Origin: an uncultured Alphaproteobacteria bacterium
GTDB taxonomy: Bacteria; Pseudomonadota; Alphaproteobacteria; Reyranellales; Reyranellaceae
Length of the DNA stretch: 64,000 bases
Reading direction: 5' to 3'
Assembly (NCBI GenBank): GCA_963809025.1
Contig: CAWEIE010000046.1
Span: 17,873 to 81,872 of the forward strand
The notes under the pieces were generated by a model, which did not search any database, was not told the origin of the DNA, and worked only from the letters and a program-made list of their open reading frames with translations. Shown one piece after another: positions 54,693 through 64,000 of this stretch. Position 1 is the first letter of the stretch. Every line of letters begins with the position of its first letter. The position numbers were made by a program, and so were the translations under genes.

Positions 54693-56006
54693 ATGAACGC
54701 TTCCCTCTCGACGGCCGCTCCCTGGTGGCAGCCCAACACCGGCCACAGGCTGATCGTCCGCGGCGGCCGCCCGCTCGTCGGCACCTATCCGATCAGCGGC
54801 GCCAAAAACGCGGTGCTGCCGTTGATGGTGTCGGCGCTGCTGACCCCGCATCTGGTGACGCTGCGCAACGTGCCGGCCAATCTCGATGTCGCCGTGCTGG
54901 CGGCGCTGCTGCAGCGCCTGGGCTGCGGCATGCATTGGTCGACGGGCGACTCGGGCCTCGCGGTGACGATCGCAGCCGATCGCGTACAGCCTCGGCAGAT
55001 CGATGCCGAGCTGGTCACCCGCATGCGCGCCTCGGTGTTGCTGCTCGGCGCGCTGCTGGCCCGGTGCGGCGAGGCGGCGCTGCCGATGCCGGGCGGCGAT
55101 GCCATCGGTCTGCGCGGCATCGACTTCCATGTCGCGGGCTTGCGCGCCATGGGCGCCACGATCGAGCTCACGAACGGCACGATCCGCGCGACGGCGCGCG
55201 CTGGCCTGCGCGGCGCCGACATCCTGCTGCCCCAGCCGTCGGTCGGCGCCACCGAAAACCTCCTGCTGGCGGCGGTTGCCGCGGCGGGCACGACGACCAT
55301 CCGCAATGCTGCCCGGGAGCCGGAGATCGGCGACCTCGCCGCCTGCCTGATCGCGATGGGCGCCAGGATCGCGGGCGTCGGCACGCATGTCCTGACCATC
55401 GAGGGAGGAGCGCTGCTGGGCGGCGCCGTTCACGCCGTCCTGCCCGACCGCATCGAGTTCGGCACGCTTGCCTGCGCCGCCGCCCTGACCGATGGCGAGC
55501 TGTTGCTGTCACGCGGACGCATCGACCTGCTTGGTGCCGCTGCAGCGTCGTTCGCTGCGGCCGGAGTCGACCTCAGCGACACCGAAGATGGGGTGGTCGC
55601 CCGGCGCGCCAAGGGCGGCCTGATCGGCATCGATCTCACGACTGCGCCCTATCCGGGCTTCGCGACCGACCTGCAGGCCCCGACGATGGCGCTGCTGGCC
55701 GCGGCGACAGGAACCAGTGCGATCACCGAAAACATCTTCGAGCAGCGCTTCCGCCACGTCGACGAGTTGCGAAAGATGGGTGCGGACATTGCCGTACGTG
55801 GCCGCACGGCGCGGATCAGGGGCGTCGCGCGCCTGCGCGGCGCCGCCGTCACATGCACCGACGTGCGCGCGGCAGCGGCCCTCGTCCTGGCCGGACTGGG
55901 AGCCGAGGGAGAGACAATCCTCGACGGCCTCGACCATCTCGATCGCGGCTACGATGGCATGGCGGAGACGCTGGCCGCGTGCGGCGCCGACATCGTGCGC
56001 CGCTGA
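54693..56006 (+). CDS. murA: UDP-N-acetylglucosamine 1-carboxyvinyltransferase, Asp-type active-site loop
   Basis: SGAKNA, RMRAS, PGGDAIGLRGIDFH, SVGATEN, NAAREPE, PDRIE, PYPGFATDLQ, ENIFEQRF, HLDRGY. Confidence 0.93.
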   Translation: MNASLSTAAPWWQPNTGHRLIVRGGRPLVGTYPISGAKNAVLPLMVSALLTPHLVTLRNVPANLDVAVLAALLQRLGCGMHWSTGDSGLAVTIAADRVQPRQIDAELVTRMRASVLLLGALLARCGEAALPMPGGDAIGLRGIDFHVAGLRAMGATIELTNGTIRATARAGLRGADILLPQPSVGATENLLLAAVAAAGTTTIRNAAREPEIGDLAACLIAMGARIAGVGTHVLTIEGGALLGGAVHAVLPDRIEFGTLACAAALTDGELLLSRGRIDLLGAAAASFAAAGVDLSDTEDGVVARRAKGGLIGIDLTTAPYPGFATDLQAPTMALLAAATGTSAITENIFEQRFRHVDELRKMGADIAVRGRTARIRGVARLRGAAVTCTDVRAAAALVLAGLGAEGETILDGLDHLDRGYDGMAETLAACGADIVRR

Positions 56007-56012
56007 GCGCGG

Positions 56013-56669
56013 CTAGTAGAGCCCGGGAAGCAACCGCCACGTACGGGCGCAATAGGCGATGTATTCCTCACCGAACTGCGCGCTCAGCAGTGCTTCTTCC
56101 GAGCGGATGCGCGCGATCAACGGCGGGATCATGAGCGCCACCAGCAGCACGCCTGCCATTGACCGGAACGCAAGCGCCCAACCCAGCGACAGCACGAACA
56201 GGCCGAGGTAGCTCGGATTGCGGATGGTGCGATAGATGCCATCCGTCACCAGCGTATGCCCGGGCTGGATGGCGACCAGGCCGCTGAAGCGGCCACCGAG
56301 CACGAACACGGGCCAAAGCCGCAGCGCGCCACCGCCCGCATAGAGGACAACGCCGATCCAGCGCACGGTATCGCCGTCGATGGTCCAGAACTCCTTGCGG
56401 TCGGTGTAGGCCGGCAGCCAGGCCGACAGAAGGCCGATCAGGCCCAGCGCTGCGATGACCCAGCGGTTGGAGCGATCCTCGCGCTCGCCGGTGTTCAGAT
56501 TCGCTGAACTCAACATGGCCGCGCCAGCCATCGCTACAGTCGCTATGACGAGCGCGATGCGCGCCGGATTGGCAAAGAACGCATCGAATCCGCCCCAGCC
56601 CGCGATGGCGAGACCGAGATAGACGAGGATCATTCCTGCTGAAGCGAAAACCAGCATGACCCTGGACAT
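56013..56669 (-). CDS. Isoprenylcysteine carboxylmethyltransferase (ICMT/PEMT) family membrane protein
   Basis: HTLVTDGIYRTIRNPSYLG, RIRSEEALL..FGEEY..Y..RT.RLLP. Confidence 0.85.
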   Translation of the reverse strand: MSRVMLVFASAGMILVYLGLAIAGWGGFDAFFANPARIALVIATVAMAGAAMLSSANLNTGEREDRSNRWVIAALGLIGLLSAWLPAYTDRKEFWTIDGDTVRWIGVVLYAGGGALRLWPVFVLGGRFSGLVAIQPGHTLVTDGIYRTIRNPSYLGLFVLSLGWALAFRSMAGVLLVALMIPPLIARIRSEEALLSAQFGEEYIAYCARTWRLLPGLY

Positions 56670-56748
56670 GGCGCCTATGTGGTCACCGAGCACGTGAAGT
56701 CAAAGCGCTGCCGTGCTTTAGTTCATGCTCGGACAGACGGTGGTGGCG

Positions 56749-58326
56749 ATGCATCGGCTCTCGAACGTGCTTCTTGCGATCCTGGCGACCAGCGCGTTCC
56801 TGCACGTGCTGCCGGCGGCGGCACAGGAGAAGCCTCAGCCGTGGCCCACCAAGGAATGGGCGACCTCCTCCCCCGAGGAGCAGGGCATGAGCTCCGAGCG
56901 GCTCGCCCGCCTGGTCGAGTTCGGCGGCTCGAACGACATGGACAGCCTTTTAGTGACGCGCCACGGGCGGATCGTGCTGGAGGCGACCTACGCGCCGTTC
57001 CGTGCGGGACTGAAGCATCGCATCAACTCAGTCACCAAGTCGGTCATCAGCACGCTTATCGCCATGGCGATAAGGGACGGCCGGCTCGACAGCACGGACC
57101 GGCGGGTCGTGGACTTCTTCGCCGACCGCACCATCGCCAACCTCGACGAGCGCAAGAAGGCGATCACGATCCGCCATCTGCTCGACATGACGTCGGGGCT
57201 CGAATGGACCGAGGGTCTGAGTGGCATCCCTCATTCCTTTTTTGCCATGGAGCGCAATGCCGACTGGCAGCAGTTCATTCTCGATCGGCCCATGTCAGCG
57301 GCGCCGGGCACGATCTTCTACTACGACAGCGGCAACAGCCACCTGCTGTCGGCCATCCTGACCAAGGTCACGAGCAAGAGCGCGCTCGACTACGCGCGCG
57401 AGATGCTGTTCGGCCCGCTCGGCATCGACGACGTGATATGGCGGGCGGATCCGCAAGGCGTCTCGGCAGGTGGCGCCGGCCTCTACATGCACCCGCGCGA
57501 CATGGCGAAGATCGGCTACCTCTACCTGCGCGGCGGCTTGTGGGAAGGACGGCAGATCCTCCCGGCGTCATGGATCGAGGGTGTGCGCAAGGCGGATGTC
57601 GACATGCGCGAGGCCTGGGCAAAGGACCTGCGCTACGGCAGCCAGTTCTGGGTGATGCCGGGCCGCGACGCCTACTTCGCCGTCGGCTATGACCGCCAGC
57701 TCATCGTCGTCATGCCCAAGCTCGACATCGTGGCGGTGACGACCGGCTCGGCGCGCTTCCCGACCGCGAATGGCATGCCGACCAGGCCACGCTACAGCCT
57801 CGATTCGCTGGCGGGCTTTCTCACCGCCGCCGTGACCGGCGATGCGCCGCTGCCGGCCGACCCTGCGGCAACGGCCGAGCTCGAGCGGCAGGTGAAGGAG
57901 GCCGCCACCGAACGGCCGGCGCCGACCGGCGGGCAGCCGGCGATGGCGAAGACGATCTCGGGCAAGACGTGGCGGTTCGCTCCCAATGACCTGCGGGTCA
58001 AGTGGGTCACCTTCAAGCTCGACGGCGCCGAGCCGTCCTACGAATACGAGGTCGAGAGTGGTCCGGCCGGCACGCCGGCGGCACAGTACGGCGGGCCGAT
58101 CGGCTTCGACGGCCACTATCGCGTGGGTGGACGCCAGCGTTATGGGCTGAGTGCCGCCCGGGCCAGGTGGCTGGACGACGGCACGACCCTCGTCCTCGAC
58201 GTCCAGACGCTCGGCAACGACGATGCCGCCCGCGTGACGCACCTGTTCGGCGATAAGACCGTCGAGCTGAAATTCGAAAGCGCGTCTGGCTTCAAGACGA
58301 CGTTGACGGGCCGGACCGACGACTGA
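56749..58326 (+). CDS. Secreted serine hydrolase, beta-lactamase class C-like fold (NylB-like), with C-terminal extension
   Basis: Signal peptide; INSVTKS (SxxK), TIRHLLDMTSG, FYYDSG (YxS), LFGPLGI, PRDMAKIG. Confidence 0.85.
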   Translation: MHRLSNVLLAILATSAFLHVLPAAAQEKPQPWPTKEWATSSPEEQGMSSERLARLVEFGGSNDMDSLLVTRHGRIVLEATYAPFRAGLKHRINSVTKSVISTLIAMAIRDGRLDSTDRRVVDFFADRTIANLDERKKAITIRHLLDMTSGLEWTEGLSGIPHSFFAMERNADWQQFILDRPMSAAPGTIFYYDSGNSHLLSAILTKVTSKSALDYAREMLFGPLGIDDVIWRADPQGVSAGGAGLYMHPRDMAKIGYLYLRGGLWEGRQILPASWIEGVRKADVDMREAWAKDLRYGSQFWVMPGRDAYFAVGYDRQLIVVMPKLDIVAVTTGSARFPTANGMPTRPRYSLDSLAGFLTAAVTGDAPLPADPAATAELERQVKEAATERPAPTGGQPAMAKTISGKTWRFAPNDLRVKWVTFKLDGAEPSYEYEVESGPAGTPAAQYGGPIGFDGHYRVGGRQRYGLSAARARWLDDGTTLVLDVQTLGNDDAARVTHLFGDKTVELKFESASGFKTTLTGRTDD

Positions 58327-58332
58327 GGCGGC

Positions 58333-59274
58333 CTACTCGGCCGCCACCGCCATCGCCTGCTTCAGGCCCGGCATGGTGAAGCCGAGCTTGTCGAGCTTGG
58401 CGATCATGTCCTTGCCGGCCTTCTCGTCGGTCTCGACCAGCGGCGGGCGCACCGGCGTCCAGGCAGCGTCGCTGCCGTAGTGGGCAACGCAGTACTTCAG
58501 CGCCGGGATCATGACGTAGCCCTGCATGACGCCGCGCACCTCGTTGATCCAGCTTTGCAGCTTCTCGCCCTCGGCCGTGGCGTACTTCTTGTAGGTCTCG
58601 GCGATCTTGCCCGGGTTGATGTTGGCCGTGGCGCTGATGCAGCCCGCGCCGCCCGACTTGATGTTGTCGATCAGGGGCTTCTCGTTGCCCGAGAAGACGT
58701 CGAAGCCGTCCTTGGCGAAGGCGTCGATCATGCTCTTGGTATGCGCCCAGTCATCGGCGCTGTCCTTCATGCCGGCGATCTGCTTGGGGTAGGCCTTCAT
58801 CAGCCGCTCGACCAGCTTGTGGGTGATCGGCACCGCCGACACCGGCGGGATGTGATAGAGGTAGACGCGGAGGCGGTCGTCGCCGACCCGCTGCACAACC
58901 TCCGAGAAGAAGCGGTAGAGGCCCTCTTCCGGCACGCCCTTGTAGTAGAACGGCGGCAGCATCAGCACGCCGCCGACGCCGAGCTTGGTGGCATGGGCGC
59001 TGACCTCGGCCGCCTCGTTGATCGAGCAGGCGCCGGTGCCGGGCATCATGCGGTCGGTCGGCACGCCGGCCGAAACGATGGCGTCCAGGAGGCCCATGCG
59101 CTCCTTGGCCGACATCGAGTTGGCTTCGGAGTTGGTGCCGAACACCGCGAGCCCGCAATCCTGGCTGAGCAGCCACTTGCAATGCGCGATGAAGCGGCCA
59201 ACGTCGGGCGACAGGTCGCGCTTGAAGGGGGTGACGACGGGCGAAAGAACGCCTTTGATCCGCGCTGCGGCCAT
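58333..59274 (-). CDS. DapA/NanA family (dihydrodipicolinate synthase-like) protein
   Basis: PVVTPF, FGTNSE, LPPFYYK, YLYHIP, GMKDS. Confidence 0.88.
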   Translation of the reverse strand: MAAARIKGVLSPVVTPFKRDLSPDVGRFIAHCKWLLSQDCGLAVFGTNSEANSMSAKERMGLLDAIVSAGVPTDRMMPGTGACSINEAAEVSAHATKLGVGGVLMLPPFYYKGVPEEGLYRFFSEVVQRVGDDRLRVYLYHIPPVSAVPITHKLVERLMKAYPKQIAGMKDSADDWAHTKSMIDAFAKDGFDVFSGNEKPLIDNIKSGGAGCISATANINPGKIAETYKKYATAEGEKLQSWINEVRGVMQGYVMIPALKYCVAHYGSDAAWTPVRPPLVETDEKAGKDMIAKLDKLGFTMPGLKQAMAVAAE

Positions 59275-59333
59275 GATTTGATTTCTCCGAGGAGTGGCGC
59301 GCCCTTATTGCAACGAAGCGCCGGAGACGTCCA

Positions 59334-60449
59334 GTGGCAGAAATCCTTCCTGAAGACGGCACGGCGGGCACCCTGATCGGGCGGGTCCAGCGCAAGGACG
59401 GCCCCAGTGTCGTCGCCGTCCGGGCTGACGGCGTGTTCGACATCACCGCCGCCGCCCCGACGGTCGCCGACCTCTGCAATGCCGCCGATCCGCTGGCGCT
59501 GGCCCGCAGCAAGGGCGAGCGCATCGGCTCGCTCGAGGACGCCATGCCGCACCTGCTGGCGCCGATCGACCTGCAGGCCATCAAGGCGGCCGGCGTCACC
59601 TTCGCCGTCAGCCTGCTCGAACGGCTTATCGAGGAGCAGACCAAGGGCGACCTCAGCCGCGCCGAGCACGTGCGCAAGGAACTCAATTCGATCATCGGTG
59701 TCGATGTCACCACCATCAAGCCAGGCTCGCCCGAGGCCGAGGCGCTGAAGAAGACCTTGATGGCTCGCGGCGCCTGGTCGCCCTACCTCGAGGTCGGCAT
59801 CGGCCCCTATGCCGAGATCTTCACCAAGGCGCCGCCGATGGCCGCCGTCGGCTACGGCGCGGAGATCGGCATCCGCTCGGACTCCGACTGGAACAATCCC
59901 GAGCCCGAGGTCACGCTGGTCGTCAGCGCCAAGGGCATGATCGTCGGCGCCACGCTCGGCAACGACGTCAACCTGCGCGACATGGAGGGCCGCAGCGCGC
60001 TCCTGCTGGGCATCGCCAAGGACAACAACGCTTCCTGCGCGATCGGCCCCTTCGTGCGTCTGTTCGATGCGACCTTCACGCTCGACGACGTGCGCAAGGC
60101 CAAGGTCGATCTGGAAGTCACCGGCCCCGACCAGTTCCGCCTGCGCGGCTCGAGCGACCTGTCGAAGATCAGCCGCGACCCGACCGACCTGGTGCGCCAC
60201 GCCATGGGCGACGCGCACCAGTATCCCGACGGCATGGTGCTGATGACCGGCACGCTGTTCGCACCGACCGAGCAGCGCAAGCCCGATGGCCATGGCTTCA
60301 CCCACATGGTGGGCGACCTGGTGTCGATCAGCTCGCCCAAGCTCGGCACGCTCACCAACCGCGTCAACCATTGCGACAAGATCGCGCCGTGGACGTTCGG
60401 CGTGTCGGCGCTGATGCGCAATCTGGCGACGCGGGGGCTGCTGAAGTGA
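59334..60449 (+). CDS. Fumarylacetoacetate hydrolase family protein (XylX-like)
   Basis: LAPIDLQAIKAAGVTF, AEIFTKA, WNNPEPE, GNDVNLRD.EGRSALLL, HQYPDG..LMTGT. Confidence 0.88.
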   Translation: MAEILPEDGTAGTLIGRVQRKDGPSVVAVRADGVFDITAAAPTVADLCNAADPLALARSKGERIGSLEDAMPHLLAPIDLQAIKAAGVTFAVSLLERLIEEQTKGDLSRAEHVRKELNSIIGVDVTTIKPGSPEAEALKKTLMARGAWSPYLEVGIGPYAEIFTKAPPMAAVGYGAEIGIRSDSDWNNPEPEVTLVVSAKGMIVGATLGNDVNLRDMEGRSALLLGIAKDNNASCAIGPFVRLFDATFTLDDVRKAKVDLEVTGPDQFRLRGSSDLSKISRDPTDLVRHAMGDAHQYPDGMVLMTGTLFAPTEQRKPDGHGFTHMVGDLVSISSPKLGTLTNRVNHCDKIAPWTFGVSALMRNLATRGLLK

Positions 60450-61867
60450 GCGACCTCACCCGCCTGCCCGCTTCGGTCCTGCGCGAGCAGATCGCGGCCA
60501 GGAAGGTTTCGCCCGTGGAACTGATGGACGCCGTCCTCGCCCGCGCCGAGATGCTTCAGCCCGTGTTGAACTGCTTCATCACCATCGTGGCCGACCGGGC
60601 GCGCGCGGCCGCGATGCAGGCGGAAGACGCCGTCATGCAGGGCAAGCCGCTCGGCCTGCTGCATGGCATTCCTTTCGCCGCCAAGGACCTGGTGAACACC
60701 GCGGGTGTGCGCACGACCTTCGGTTCGCTGCACCACGACGACAACGTGCCCAAGGAGGATGCAGTCTGCGCCGCTCGCATGAAGCAGGCCGGCGCCATCC
60801 TGTTCGGCAAGACCACGACTCCGGAGTTCGGCCACAAGGCACTGACCGACGCGCCGCTGTTCGGCCGCACGCGCAACGCCTGGAGTGCCGAGCGCACGTC
60901 GGCCGGCTCGAGCGGTGGTGCGGCGGTCGCGGTCGCGGCCGGCATCGGGCCGATCGGCATCGCCACCGACGGCGGCGGCTCGACGCGCATTCCCGCGGCA
61001 GCCAACGGCATGGTCGGGTTGAAGCAGAGCAACGGCGTCATCCCGCACAGCCAGGTCGCCGATGCCTTCGGCAACTACACCTACGTGACGCCGATGACGC
61101 GCACGGTGATGGACACCGCCCTGATGCTGCAGGCCATGGCGGGCCCCCACCCGTCCGATCCCTGGTCGATCGGCGTGCCGGCACAGGACTACATCGCCGC
61201 CGCGCGCCCCGAGGGCAGCCTCAAGGGCAAACGCATCCTTTTCAGCGTCACGCTCGGCAACACGCTGGTCGCCAAGGACGTGCGCGCGGCCTTCGATCAG
61301 GCGCTGGGCAAGTTGAAGGATCTCGGCGCCGAGCTGGTCGAGCTGCCGGACGACCTGCCCAACATGGAGCCGATCTGGAAGGTCCTCAACCACACGACCT
61401 GGCGGGCGCGCTTCGATCATCTGCTGCGGCGCGAGGACAATCGCCTGTCGCCGTCGCTGGTCCGCCAGGTCGCCATGGCCGCCGAGTGGACAGGTGCCGA
61501 CTACCAGCACGCCATGTTCCAGCGCACCGATCTCTTCCGCCGCATCCAGGGCTGGTTCGAGACGGCCGACTATCTGGTGACGCCGACGCTCTCGCGCGCG
61601 GCCTTGCCCATCGACCAGGACCTGTTCGAGCCGATCAGAATCGACGGCGTCGAGGCGGGCGAGCTCAGGCGCAACTGGTTTCCCTACACCATGCCGTTCA
61701 ACATCACCGGCCATCCCGCCCTCACCGTGTGCTGCGGCTACGACGGCGAGGGCCTGCCGATCGGCTTGCAGTTCGTCGGCCGCTTCCGCGACGAAGCCTC
61801 GGTGCTGCGCGCGGCTGCGCTCTACGAGGCGAGCGAGAACTGGCTCGATCGATGGCCCGACCTCTGA
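60446..61867 (+). CDS. Amidase signature family protein
   Basis: GIPFAAKD, GKTTTPEFG, GSSGGA, TDGGGSTRIPAA, PIGLQ. Confidence 0.92.
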   Translation: MSDLTRLPASVLREQIAARKVSPVELMDAVLARAEMLQPVLNCFITIVADRARAAAMQAEDAVMQGKPLGLLHGIPFAAKDLVNTAGVRTTFGSLHHDDNVPKEDAVCAARMKQAGAILFGKTTTPEFGHKALTDAPLFGRTRNAWSAERTSAGSSGGAAVAVAAGIGPIGIATDGGGSTRIPAAANGMVGLKQSNGVIPHSQVADAFGNYTYVTPMTRTVMDTALMLQAMAGPHPSDPWSIGVPAQDYIAAARPEGSLKGKRILFSVTLGNTLVAKDVRAAFDQALGKLKDLGAELVELPDDLPNMEPIWKVLNHTTWRARFDHLLRREDNRLSPSLVRQVAMAAEWTGADYQHAMFQRTDLFRRIQGWFETADYLVTPTLSRAALPIDQDLFEPIRIDGVEAGELRRNWFPYTMPFNITGHPALTVCCGYDGEGLPIGLQFVGRFRDEASVLRAAALYEASENWLDRWPDL

Positions 61868-62565
61868 GGCGGCCACCGCCGCTCACGGCCGAGGAGATCC
61901 AGGCGCGCGTCCTCCATCGCGATGGATTGATCCTGGTGATCGACAAGCCGGCCGGGCTTGCCGTACACGCCGGCCCGAGCAAGGCGCCCAACCTCGAGGA
62001 GTGCTTCGACGCCCTGCGCTTCGGCCTGCCGCGGCCGCCGGCGCTCGCCCACCGGCTCGACGCCGACACCTCGGGCGTGCTGGTGCTGGGCCGCCATCCC
62101 AAGGCGCTGAGCAAGCTCGGCCGGCTGTTCTCCGGCCGCGATACCGAGAAGACCTACTGGGCCATCGTGCGCGGCGCGCCGTCGGCCGACGAAGGCGTGT
62201 TCGACCAGAAGCTTCTCAAGGTGAATACCAGGAGCGGCTGGTCGGTGAAGGTCTCCGACAAGGGGCAGACGGCGATCACGCGCTACAAGGTGCTGGGACG
62301 CGGGCCGGACATGACGTGGCTTGAGCTGAAACCCGAGACCGGCCGCACGCACCAGATCCGCGTGCACTGCGCGGCCGCGGGCTGCCCGGTGATCGCCGAC
62401 CGGCTCTACGGCGCGGCCGAACCCGGCCAGCAGCTGCACCTGCATTCGCGCGGCATCGTGCTGCCGCTGTCGAAGAACAAGCCGCCGATCGCGGTCGAAG
62501 CGCCGCCGCCGGCGCACATGATCGCGGCGCTGAAGGCCTGCGGCTACGAGGCTACGTCCGCGTAG
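61852..62565 (+). CDS. RluA family pseudouridine synthase
   Basis: IDKPAGL, HRLDADTSG, KTYWA, TGRTHQIRVH, D.LYG, LHLHS. Confidence 0.92.
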   Translation: MARPLRRPPPLTAEEIQARVLHRDGLILVIDKPAGLAVHAGPSKAPNLEECFDALRFGLPRPPALAHRLDADTSGVLVLGRHPKALSKLGRLFSGRDTEKTYWAIVRGAPSADEGVFDQKLLKVNTRSGWSVKVSDKGQTAITRYKVLGRGPDMTWLELKPETGRTHQIRVHCAAAGCPVIADRLYGAAEPGQQLHLHSRGIVLPLSKNKPPIAVEAPPPAHMIAALKACGYEATSA

Positions 62566-62698
62566 GGCTGGCTGAATGGCAAACGCGATCGCGTTCGCTG
62601 CGCCTCTCCGGAAAACCCTGCAAGCCATTGACGCCCCTGGTCCTTCCGGCCCTGGCCGCGGCTGGCCACTGTCGCATGAACAGCGACAGGAACGACAT
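62552..62698 (-). CDS. Possible 48-aa small protein
   Basis: GAGGAAC-like RBS before ATG 62698; downstream of strong promoter; no recognisable motif. Confidence 0.3.
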   Translation of the reverse strand: MSFLSLFMRQWPAAARAGRTRGVNGLQGFPERRSERDRVCHSASPTRT

Positions 62699-62847
62699 TA
62701 GGTGTTCCTCGGCACGGCCATTGGTTTTTTCCAACGCAGGCCAAGTTTGGCGGCGGCCGGACAGGCCGGCGCGGCCTCGAGCGGGCGGGATGATTATCGG
62801 ATGAACGATGCATAGAGCGGTGCCGTCTGGAGGCGAGCAGCGAGGTT

Positions 62848-62876
62848 AATATAACTGAAGTTCTTATAAATGTCAA
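62848..62876 (-). promoter_or_regulatory. Near-consensus sigma70 promoter
   Basis: TTGACA-N17-TATATT in an AT-rich patch within very GC-rich DNA. Confidence 0.7.
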
Positions 62877-62887
62877 TGCCGCCGAGC

Positions 62888-63548
62888 TTACGCCTGCGCC
62901 CTGACCCAGACCCTGAGCGGATCGCCGATCTCGAAGCCGGCGTCGAGCGCCGCCGCAAGCTCGCCGCCTGAACTCGTAGCCGACCAGCGGCAGGCGCGGA
63001 AAAGTCTGCGCCGACAGAAGAATGAGCGCGCGCCACACTGCGACCGCGTCGGCCGCTTCGACGACGACGTTCGACAGCCCGACCAGGCCCTCGCTGCGAT
63101 AGAGCATGCCGCCAGCCACGACCCTGAAGCCGCGGCGCCCGGTGAACAGGGCGAAGTCCGCATCGTCGATCGGCAGGCCCTTGGCTTCGCTCTCGCGGCG
63201 CCATTCGATGTCCGTCGACGCATCGCCGATGGGCATTTCGCTGCGGATCCACGAGGCTTCGAACAGCACGTCGAAGCCCGCGCGCGACAGATCGAGTTTG
63301 TTGAAGCTGTCCTTGACCGCCCAGCGGCCCGACAGGTTCGACTTGGCGAGGATGTCGATCGTGCTGCGCTGCTCGGCGAGTGCGGCGTCGTCGTGCGCCA
63401 GCGTCACCACGTTGGGGTAGAAGCGCGGCACCGCCTCGGCGTTGACCCAGGCATGCGGCAGGAAGGTCCCCGGCCGGCCGTGCGCACGGCAGACCGCGTC
63501 GCACCAGCGCGCGTTGTTGCGGGCGGCGGGTTCGGTCCAGTCCTTCAG
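62888..63548 (-). pseudogene. Conserved hypothetical (possibly GNAT-like) gene with a single frameshift
   Basis: AARNNARWCDAVC...LPLVGYE continues as SGGELAAALDAGFEIGDPLRVW in another frame; removing one base at 62971-62972 restores it; start codon unclear. Confidence 0.6.
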
Positions 63549-64000
63549 GCCCTGACTTCCTCGCGCTGAAAGACGATGTAGGCCGCCGCGAACACCACGA
63601 TCATGCCGGCGACAAGCCCGGTGAGCTGCGGCCAGATCAGGATCAGGCTCTGGTCGAGCGGCAGGGTCGCTCCGGGGATCGCCCCGCGCATCTGCATCGG
63701 CAGCATGAACCCGAGCGAGCGTGTCTCGGGATTGAGCAGGCCCACGACAGCTTCGCGAAACAAGGTATTGGGCGACAGCCGTTCGAGGGCGAGACCGAGC
63801 TCCCCGATCGCGACATACTGGTCGACCGACGTGATCTGCGCCGGCGCAAAACCGACGACGATGGCCGACGCGATCATCGGCCAGAGGATGAGGAAGAAGA
63901 GCCACAGCCCGAGACTGCAAAGCGCCGATGTCGCGGTCGAGCGGAAGATCACCGAGAACAGCATCGCCACCGCCAGCCACACGCCGCCATAGGCGATGGC
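63545..64000 (-). CDS. ABC-2 type transporter permease, C-terminal part (starts beyond window)
   Basis: AMLFSVIFRSTATSAL, ERLSPNTLF, LPLDQSLILIWPQ, YIVFQREEVR. Confidence 0.8.
   Translation of the reverse strand, partial: AIAYGGVWLAVAMLFSVIFRSTATSALCSLGLWLFFLILWPMIASAIVVGFAPAQITSVDQYVAIGELGLALERLSPNTLFREAVVGLLNPETRSLGFMLPMQMRGAIPGATLPLDQSLILIWPQLTGLVAGMIVVFAAAYIVFQREEVRA

Noticed and set aside
43318-56006. Prophage, IS or integrative element
   Set aside because: No integrase, transposase, phage genes, att-like repeats or tRNA seen
56749-58326. Bona fide beta-lactamase resistance gene
   Set aside because: SxxK present but YxS and no KTG triad; more like an esterase or amide hydrolase
1-64000. 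Many long antisense or alternate-frame ORFs (e.g. 2465..4138, 12852..15350, 36049..37647, 47911..49875, 59852..61876)
   Set aside because: Shadows of real genes in high-GC DNA; Arg/Ala/Gly-rich and without family motifs

Overview
A 64 kb high-GC window that looks alphaproteobacterial, judged from gene content and palindromic repeat style; taxonomy is not verified. Most of it is metabolic or housekeeping: PhoD, Bug/TctC receptors, tartrate/D-malate dehydrogenase, a TetR-RND efflux pump, a form-II-type coxGSLM molybdo-hydroxylase, GH17, SDRs, erpA, xth, an rlmD-like methylase, asparaginase II, a P450, acyl-CoA ligases and metY. An accessory block at about 43.3-56.0 kb holds the most interesting signals. 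(1) A leaderless 16-codon uORF (MTTNLLQKGWYFTLLK) with consecutive Trp-Tyr-Phe codons, a near-consensus sigma70 promoter and a complete 1:2/2:3/3:4 attenuator, placed upstream of two tandem GNAT acetyltransferases rather than a biosynthetic operon. (2) A 1188-aa DyP-peroxidase/cytochrome P450 fusion with an upstream partner gene, converging on a degenerate cyclase-STAND-TPR protein. (3) A decayed YCF48-repeat/KAP NTPase gene. (4) A MurA with Asp at the fosfomycin-reactive Cys position. I saw no rRNA, tRNA, CRISPR array, transposase or integrase. All calls come from reading motifs by eye; no searches were run.
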